This document shows positions 23,919 through 32,000 of a stretch of DNA of 32,000 nucleotides, one piece after another. Under the pieces are notes generated by a model. It was not told where the DNA came from, did not search any database, and saw only the letters and a list, made by a program, of their open reading frames with translations. Origin of the DNA: Phycisphaera mikurensis NBRC 102666 (GTDB lineage Bacteria > Planctomycetota > Phycisphaerae > Phycisphaerales > Phycisphaeraceae); NCBI RefSeq assembly GCF_000284115.1, contig NC_017080.1:3360001-3392000 (forward strand), in the 5' to 3' direction. The position numbers and the translations under genes were made by a program. Positions within the stretch are counted from its first letter, which is position 1; each line of letters starts with the position of its first letter.

Positions 23919-24281
23919 CGGATGGTTTGGATCGGGGGCCGCGTGCATTCCCCGCTGCCTTCTTCGGACACGGATCGGTCCTCCCTGAGGGCCCGATCAC
24001 GCCCACGCCGACGGGTGGGCGGGGTGATGCCGGTTGCGCGGCGGCGTGCGGGAGGGGGAGCTGCGCCCGATCCCGACGGCCTCCAGGAGCGGGACGACGC
24101 GAGAAAGGCAGGGCTGGCGTCCGCGGGCGTAGCGGACCGAGCCCGCTCTGGGGCGGGCAAGGAGCAGCCGGAGAGCCCGACCGCGTGCATCGGCGGCCTC
24201 CTCGGCCGGGAAGACGATCCGGAGCCCGCGAACGGACCGCCCGCGTTCCGGCGGGCCCGCCTCGGCCCGCCTCCGCCCGCC

Positions 24282-25013
24282 TCAGTAGTAGGGGTCGCTC
24301 TTGGCCATCGCCTCGATCTCGCCGAAAGAATGCCGCACCAGCGGGGGGTTCAGGACCGTCGGCTCGACCTTCATCCGGACCGTCTCGGCGTGGCCGTCGA
24401 CGAAGCCCATGCCCGTGCGGAGGTGCCCCTTCTCCACGCCGTGCCAGGCGTGCTGCTCGGACTCGGCGAGGCTCCGGTGGTGGATGTAGTCGGTGAAGAC
24501 CGACTTCGTCGCCGGGCTGCTCACGTCGTTGAGGCCGAAGCCTTCCAGAGACCAGATGCCGTTGAGCGTCCGCCGGAGGGAGGTGGCCGCCCCGTTGTCG
24601 ACGTAGCTGTATGACGTCCCCCAGAGGGCGGCGATGGTCGAGCTGCCCGCCCGCGTGGTGCCACGGTCCAGCGGGCACACCGCGACCTCCACGGCGCCGT
24701 CCAGGTAGGGGTTGAGCACGCGCCGGTCGGCGTCGCGGTTGATCGAGCTGGACGTGGCGCCGCGGGCCCCGACGACGTTGAGGAACCAGACGTCGTGGCC
24801 GTGGCCGGCGGGGAAGCGACGCTTGAAGTCCACCGTGTAGGCCGCGTTGGCCTGCGTCATCGAGCGGAGGTTGCTGATGCACTGGGTCTCGGCCGCGACC
24901 CCGAAGGCCTTGGTCATCACCGGCACCGACAGCGCGGCCACGGCCGCGATGATCGCGATGACGACGAGGAGCTCAAGGAGGGTGAAACCGCCGCGAAAGG
25001 AAGGCTGCTGCAT
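24282..25013 (-). CDS. Prepilin-type N-terminal cleavage/methylation-domain protein (paralog 2)
   Basis: The ATG at 25013 gives MQQPSFRGG-FTLLELLVVIAIIAAVAAL (Gly at -1, Glu at +5). It is collinear with paralog 1 (VPVMTKA.GVAAETQC.SN.RS, VAVCPLDR, NGIWSLEGFGL.DV.SPATKSV.TD, GHLR..M.FVDGHAE, MAK.DPYY). Confidence 0.88.
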   Translation of the reverse strand: MQQPSFRGGFTLLELLVVIAIIAAVAALSVPVMTKAFGVAAETQCISNLRSMTQANAAYTVDFKRRFPAGHGHDVWFLNVVGARGATSSSINRDADRRVLNPYLDGAVEVAVCPLDRGTTRAGSSTIAALWGTSYSYVDNGAATSLRRTLNGIWSLEGFGLNDVSSPATKSVFTDYIHHRSLAESEQHAWHGVEKGHLRTGMGFVDGHAETVRMKVEPTVLNPPLVRHSFGEIEAMAKSDPYY

Positions 25014-25189
25014 GATTGTTCTCGGGTGTAAAGCAGCCCGACCCCCGGGCTTGCGTTCCTGCATCGGCGCGGCGGCGGCTTGGCTTGTGCCCCGGGTTCG
25101 ACCCTTTGCGGCGGCGGCGCATCAGGAGATGCCTGAAGCTTCTGGGCGGGTTGCAGCGGTTGCCGGCCCGCGCCCCGTAGCGTCGGGCC

Positions 25190-27680
<2,491 letters not shown>

Positions 27681-27706
<26 letters not shown>

Positions 27707-27737
27707 CTTCGCTGAATGTACCTGACACCTTCGCTTG
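27681..27737. terminator. Hairpin with a 23-bp stem and 11-nt loop straddling the stops of convergent helicase and nadA (candidate bidirectional terminator)
   Basis: 27683-27703 (AGCGAAGGTGTCAGGTACATT) is the exact reverse complement of 27715-27735. A G-T pair and a C-G pair extend it to 27681/27737. The helicase TAG (27704-27706) lies in the loop, and the nadA TGA (complement of 27693-27695) lies in the left arm. No T-tract follows. Confidence 0.5.
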
Positions 27738-28970
27738 ACCTGACACCTTCGCTTGACCTTCGCTTGCCGTGATCTGGAGCATGCGGTCGAGGCTTCTGAG
27801 GGCCCACTTCTTGGCTTCGGGGTGGACGCCGACGCGGTTGACGACGCGCCCGGCGGCGAGCTCGTCGAGCACCCAGCACAGGTGCGGGGGGTCGATGCGG
27901 ACCATGGTCGTGCAGAGGCATTGGCACGAGGAGAGCATCCGGACGTGCACGCCGCGCTTGGCGCCGTACGCGGCGAGCCGGTTGACGAGGTGGGTCTCGG
28001 TGGCGATGGCCCAGCGCGAGCCGGGCTCGGCGCCCTCGATCGCCTGGATGATCCGCTCGGTGCTGCCGGAGAGGTCGGCGGCGCGGCACACCTCGTAGGC
28101 GCACTCGGGGTGGGCGATCACCGTGACGTCGGGCCACTGGGCGCGGACCTCGGCGACGTGCTCGGGGCGGAAGAGCTTGTGCACGCTGCAGTGGCCCTTC
28201 CAGAGGAGGAAGGTGCTGTCGAGCAGCCGCTGCTCGGTGTTGCCGCCGAGCTCCTCGCGCGTGCGCGGGTCCCACACGCACATCTGGGCGTCGGCGGGCG
28301 GCTCGCCGGCGGCGTCCAGCGGGCGATCGGGCCGGAAGCCGGCGTCGGCGGCGGTGTTGCGGCCGAGGTGCTGGTCGGGAACGAAGAGGATCTTCGCCTC
28401 CTCGCCTTCCTCCAGCGGCTCGTCGCCGCCGGCGAGCGCCCAGGCGAAGACCTTGTCGCAGTTGCTGCTCGTGCACACCGCCCCGCCGTGCTCGCCGCAG
28501 AAGGCCTTGATCGCCGCCGACGAGTTCATGTAGCAGATGGGGAGCAGCCGGACCTTCCGCCCGCGCCGGCGGTACAGCTCGGTCAGCTGCTCCCACGCGT
28601 CGACGGTCTGGTCGTAGTCGGCCATGTCGGCCATCGAGCAGCCGGCCCCCATGTCCGGAAGCAGCACCGCGACGCCGTCGCCGGTGAGCACGTCCGCCGT
28701 CTCGGCCATGAAGTGGACCCCGCAGAAGACCACGGTTCTGGCACCCACCTCCTGCACCCGCTCCGCCGCGAGCTGGCTGAGCTTGAAGCTGTCGCCGGTG
28801 AAGTCGGCGTGGGCGATCACGTCGTCGCGCTGGTAGTGGTGGCCGAGGATGACGACCTCGCCGGCGAGCTCGGCGCGGCGGGCGGCGATGCGTTCGGCGA
28901 GTTCCTCGCCGGAGGCACGCGTGTACGCGTCGGGGATCGCGGGCTGCCAGAGGAGCGTTGCAGAAGCCAT
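27693..28970 (-). CDS. nadA: Quinolinate synthase NadA (long form) with a repeat-encoded C-terminal tail
   Basis: 425 aa. NadA motifs: ILGHHYQRDDV, FCGVHFMAETA, the three Cys-bearing segments (GAGCSMADM, AVCTSSNC, SSCQCLCTTM) and HPEC. The last 25 aa or so are encoded by the repeat/hairpin element. Confidence 0.92.
27720..27766. repeat. 18-bp tandem direct repeat, 2.6 copies
   Basis: ACCTGACACCTTCGCTTG occurs at 27720-27737 and 27738-27755. It is followed by ACCTTCGCTTG at 27756-27766, the same unit lacking TGACACC. The first unit overlaps the right arm of the hairpin. On the minus strand it encodes the GQAKVSGQAKVSG tail of NadA. Confidence 0.9.
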
Positions 28971-29000
28971 GGCTCAGTTTACGGCCGATAGCCTCCGGCC

Positions 29001-30008
29001 TTGAAGCTCTGCGACGAGGAACTCAAGGAGGGGCACCGGGACACGCTCCGCCGCGGCAACGCCAGCCCGCACCCCGCGGGCGGCTGGCGGCACGACGTGT
29101 ACGTCGTCGTCTTCGAGGCCGACACGCCCGCCGGCAAGGCCTTCGACGTGGGCCTGCTCGTGGCCATCCTCACCAGCGTGGTGGTGGTGCTGCTGGAGTC
29201 GGTGGACGAGGTCCGCGCCGCGTACGGCTTCCCGCTGCGGGTGGCGGAGTGGTTCTTCACGCTGCTGTTCACGGCGGAGTACGCGCTGCGGCTGCTGTGC
29301 GTCCGCCGGCCGGCGCACTACGCCCGCAGCTTCTTCGGGGTGATCGACCTGCTGTCGATCCTGCCGACGTTCCTCTCGCTGGTGATCCCCGGGGCCCAGC
29401 AGCTGCTGACGATCCGGGCGCTCCGCCTGCTGCGGCTGTTCCGCATCTTCAAGCTGACGCGCTTCCTGACCGAAGCCGAGGCGCTCCTGGTCTCGGTGCG
29501 GTCGGCGTGGTCCAAGATCACGGTCTTCATCGCGACGGTGGTGATCCTGGTGGTGATCGTCGGCTCGGCGATGAGCCTGATCGAGGGCAGCGGCGTCTTC
29601 AACCGCGGCCCGCTCACCGATGCGGCCGGCGAGCCGATCGTCGACGACGCCGGCGCCCCGGTGATCGGCGACCGGCCCACGCCGGGCTTCGACTCGATCC
29701 CCAGCAGCATGTACTGGGCGATCGTGACGATGAGCACCGTGGGCTACGGCGACATCGCGCCGGTGACCGTGCCCGGCAAGGCCGTCGCCAGCCTCCTGAT
29801 CCTGATCGGGTACAGCCTCATCATCGTGCCCACGGGCGTGCTCTCGGCCGAGATCGCTGGGAGGCGGCGCGCGGCGGAGGCGGAGGCGGAGGCGGAGATA
29901 TCGCAAGACCCACCGGACGCGTGCCTCCGGTGCGGGAGAACGCTCCCGCCGGACGCCGCGTTCTGCCACGCGTGCGGGCACCCGGTGGTGGAGAAGGGGC
30001 ACGGGTGA
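29001..30008 (+). CDS. Voltage-gated-type (6TM) potassium channel with C-terminal zinc-ribbon
   Basis: An S4-like helix (LTIRALRLLRLFRIFKLTRFL) and the K+ selectivity filter (TMSTVGYGDI) are present. The C-terminal CxxC-x11-CxxC is DACLRCGRTLPPDAAFCHACGHP. The start is uncertain: TTG at 29001 in the track, with GTG at 29097 as an alternative. Confidence 0.85.
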   Translation: MKLCDEELKEGHRDTLRRGNASPHPAGGWRHDVYVVVFEADTPAGKAFDVGLLVAILTSVVVVLLESVDEVRAAYGFPLRVAEWFFTLLFTAEYALRLLCVRRPAHYARSFFGVIDLLSILPTFLSLVIPGAQQLLTIRALRLLRLFRIFKLTRFLTEAEALLVSVRSAWSKITVFIATVVILVVIVGSAMSLIEGSGVFNRGPLTDAAGEPIVDDAGAPVIGDRPTPGFDSIPSSMYWAIVTMSTVGYGDIAPVTVPGKAVASLLILIGYSLIIVPTGVLSAEIAGRRRAAEAEAEAEISQDPPDACLRCGRTLPPDAAFCHACGHPVVEKGHG

Positions 30009-30146
30009 GGCGTCGGGCGGGCCCGGCCGGCCGCGGGCGACGCGGACGCGAGACCGGCTCGGCCCGTTCTCCCGCGGTTCCTACACTCGCCGCCCGCGCG
30101 TGCGGCCGAACCCGATCCTCCGAAGACCTCAGAAGAAGACCTTTTC

Positions 30147-30782
30147 ATGCCGCTGATCCCGATGGTCATCGAAAAGTCCGGGCGTGGCGAACGCGCCTTC
30201 GACATCTACTCGCGCCTGCTCAAGGACCGGATCATCTTCCTGGGTGGCCCGGTGACGGACGACTCGGCGAACCTGATCATCGCTCAGCTGCTCTTCCTCT
30301 CCAACGAGAACGCCGAGGAAGACATCCACTTCTACATCAACTCCCCCGGCGGCAGCGTGTCCGCCGGGCTGGGCGTCTACGACACGATGCAGTTCGTCCG
30401 CCCCAAGATCTGCACCTACTGCATCGGCGTCGCCGCCTCCATGGGGCAGATGCTGCTGATGGCCGGCAGCGAGGGCAAGCGTTTCATGCTGCCCAACAGC
30501 CGCGTGCTCATGCACCAGCCGCTCATGGGCGGCGTGATGCAGGGCCAGGCCACCGACCTGTCGATCCAAGCCAAGGAGATGCTGCGAACCCGCAAGCGGC
30601 TCTTCGAGTTGATGGTCCACCACACGGGGCAGGACTACGAGAAGATCGCCCGCGACTGCGAGCGCGACCTCTGGCTGGACGCCGAGGAAACGGTGGAGTA
30701 CGGCGTGGCCGACACGGTGCTGCAGCACCTGCCGACGGTGAAGCCCAGCGACGACAGCGGCGACGCCCCCGATGAGGACTGA
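30147..30782 (+). CDS. clpP: ATP-dependent Clp protease proteolytic subunit
   Basis: 211 aa. Motifs: [31 protein letters not shown], catalytic Ser (GVAASMG), His (VLMHQP) and the Asp region ([11 protein letters not shown]). Confidence 0.95.
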   Translation: MPLIPMVIEKSGRGERAFDIYSRLLKDRIIFLGGPVTDDSANLIIAQLLFLSNENAEEDIHFYINSPGGSVSAGLGVYDTMQFVRPKICTYCIGVAASMGQMLLMAGSEGKRFMLPNSRVLMHQPLMGGVMQGQATDLSIQAKEMLRTRKRLFELMVHHTGQDYEKIARDCERDLWLDAEETVEYGVADTVLQHLPTVKPSDDSGDAPDED

Positions 30783-31428
30783 GCCAGCCGGCCGCCGGTC
30801 CTCCCTCCGAGTGCCCGCCGCGCTCGCGGTCGGCTCCGCGACGCTGTTCGCCTGGGGCTGCGGCCCGGGCAACTTCGCGAACACGAACGACCGGCTGCGT
30901 CGCGAGAACCTGGAGCTGCAGCAGTCGGTCGACGAGCTGTCGCGGCGGCTCGAACGCGAGGTGCAGGCCCAGGAGGTGCTCCTCGCCCGCGCGTCGGGCG
31001 CCGCGGGCTCCCTCCCCGAGGGCGCCCGCCCGCCGGTGCTCGTCGGGGTGACGATGGACCGCTACGGGGCCGCCGTCGACGAGAACGGCGACGGGCTCGA
31101 CGACCTCGTCCGGCTCTACGTGTACCCGCGGGACCAGCAGGACCGGATGCTGCCCAGCGCCGGGACGCTGACCGCTCGCGTGCTCGACCTCTCCACACCC
31201 GAGCCGACGGTGCTCGGCCGCACGGAGCTGGATCCAGCCGCCTTCGACGCGGCCTACCGCGACGGCTTCACCGGGCCGTACTACCGGGTGGAGGTGCCCC
31301 TGACGGCGCTGGCCGGGCGACCGGCGGGGCAGCGGCCGCGGGAGGTCACGGCGATCGTGTCGCTGGCGCCCGCCGTCGGCGGCCCGGCGCTGACGGCGCA
31401 GCGCGTCTTTGAACTCGACCGCGAGTGA
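30772..31428 (+). CDS. Putative lipoprotein with N-terminal coiled-coil segment
   Basis: The ATG at 30772 overlaps the clpP 3' end by 11 nt. It has a signal peptide and lipobox ([10 protein letters not shown]) and a coiled-coil-like segment [29 protein letters not shown]. No family recognised. Confidence 0.65.
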   Translation: MRTEPAGRRSSLRVPAALAVGSATLFAWGCGPGNFANTNDRLRRENLELQQSVDELSRRLEREVQAQEVLLARASGAAGSLPEGARPPVLVGVTMDRYGAAVDENGDGLDDLVRLYVYPRDQQDRMLPSAGTLTARVLDLSTPEPTVLGRTELDPAAFDAAYRDGFTGPYYRVEVPLTALAGRPAGQRPREVTAIVSLAPAVGGPALTAQRVFELDRE

Positions 31429-31490
31429 AGCCCGGCGGGCGCGCGGGCTCGCTGGCATCGGGCCCGAGGGATGCCCCGGCGCGGCGGGCC

Positions 31491-32000
31491 TCACCCCGCC
31501 GCCGCGAGGGCGGCGAGGTCCTGCAGGCGGTCGCCGAGGGCGGCGGGAACGACGCGGCAGCGGTCGGCGACGGCGGGCAGCACCTCGGCGGCGAAGGCTG
31601 CGCGGACCTGTCCGATCCACCGCTCGCCCAGCCGGGGGGCGAGGCTGCCGAGCACTATCGCCCCGGGCACGAGCAGGTCGCCGAGGATCGCGGCGGTCCG
31701 GCCGGTCATGCGGGCGTGCAGGGCGAGCGTGGCGAGGGCGTCGGCATCGCCCGCCGCGGCGAGGGCGGAGAGCGCCGGGCCCGCCGGGGCGGGCTGCGTC
31801 CCGCCCGGCCCCCAGCGGGCGGGCGCCGCGGCCGCGGCGACGCCGGGCAGCCCGGCCCCCGCGCACCAGGCCTCCACGCAGCCGCGCTTGCCGAAGGCTT
31901 CGGGGTCGTCGGGGCCGTCCGTAAGCCGCACGTGGCCCAGCTCCGGCGAGCGGCCCCCGGCCCCCACCCAGGCCTCGCCGCGGAGCACGAGCCCCGCCCC
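31491..32000 (-). CDS. ROK-family sugar kinase/regulator, C-terminal part (5' end outside window)
   Basis: The frame stays open to the window edge. It carries a ROK-like motif (SPELGHV) and the Cys-rich segment (GKRGCVEAWCAGAGL). Confidence 0.6.
   Translation of the reverse strand, partial: GAGLVLRGEAWVGAGGRSPELGHVRLTDGPDDPEAFGKRGCVEAWCAGAGLPGVAAAAAPARWGPGGTQPAPAGPALSALAAAGDADALATLALHARMTGRTAAILGDLLVPGAIVLGSLAPRLGERWIGQVRAAFAAEVLPAVADRCRVVPAALGDRLQDLAALAAAG

Noticed and set aside
27720-27766. Possible mini-CRISPR array (18-bp direct repeats)
   Set aside because: The repeats are directly abutting with no spacers and are too short. There are only 2.6 copies, they lie inside a CDS tail, and no cas genes are present.

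Overview
Gene-dense, very GC-rich (about 70% by eye) bacterial chromosomal segment with about 31 supportable CDSs and one tRNA. The many long R/G/A/P-rich ORFs in the six-frame track are off-frame or antisense artefacts of the GC content. Two tandem prepilin-type N-terminal methylation-domain paralogs with a C-terminal H-x8-DG...DPYY tail, plus many lipobox lipoproteins, suggest a Planctomycetota/Verrucomicrobiota-like organism (inference only). Recognisable housekeeping genes are xerC-like recombinase, rpe, tRNA-Gln(CUG), radC-family, murA, ribD, nadA, clpP, a Ski2-like DEFH helicase, a Kv-type K+ channel and a ROK kinase (partial). No defence island, CRISPR array, prophage or IS element was found. 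The strongest unexplained signal is at DNA level: seven copies of a fixed-geometry 46-nt element (CCGCGGACCG-N26-CGGTCCGCGG). Three copies are intergenic and four lie inside CDSs (GT2 tail, NodB-like gene, murA, helicase linker) without breaking the reading frames. Other points worth a second look: (1) a translationally coupled GT2 synthase / MMPL-RND transporter / apparently catalytically degenerate NodB-fold operon; (2) a 23-bp hairpin plus 18-bp tandem repeats that supplies the stop codons of both convergent genes (helicase, nadA) and a repeat-encoded NadA tail; (3) a rod-like imperfect palindrome of about 136 nt with unusually AT-rich arms just upstream of murA; (4) a RadC with an N-terminal extension of about 115 aa. 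All family calls are by-eye motif recognition; no searches were run.
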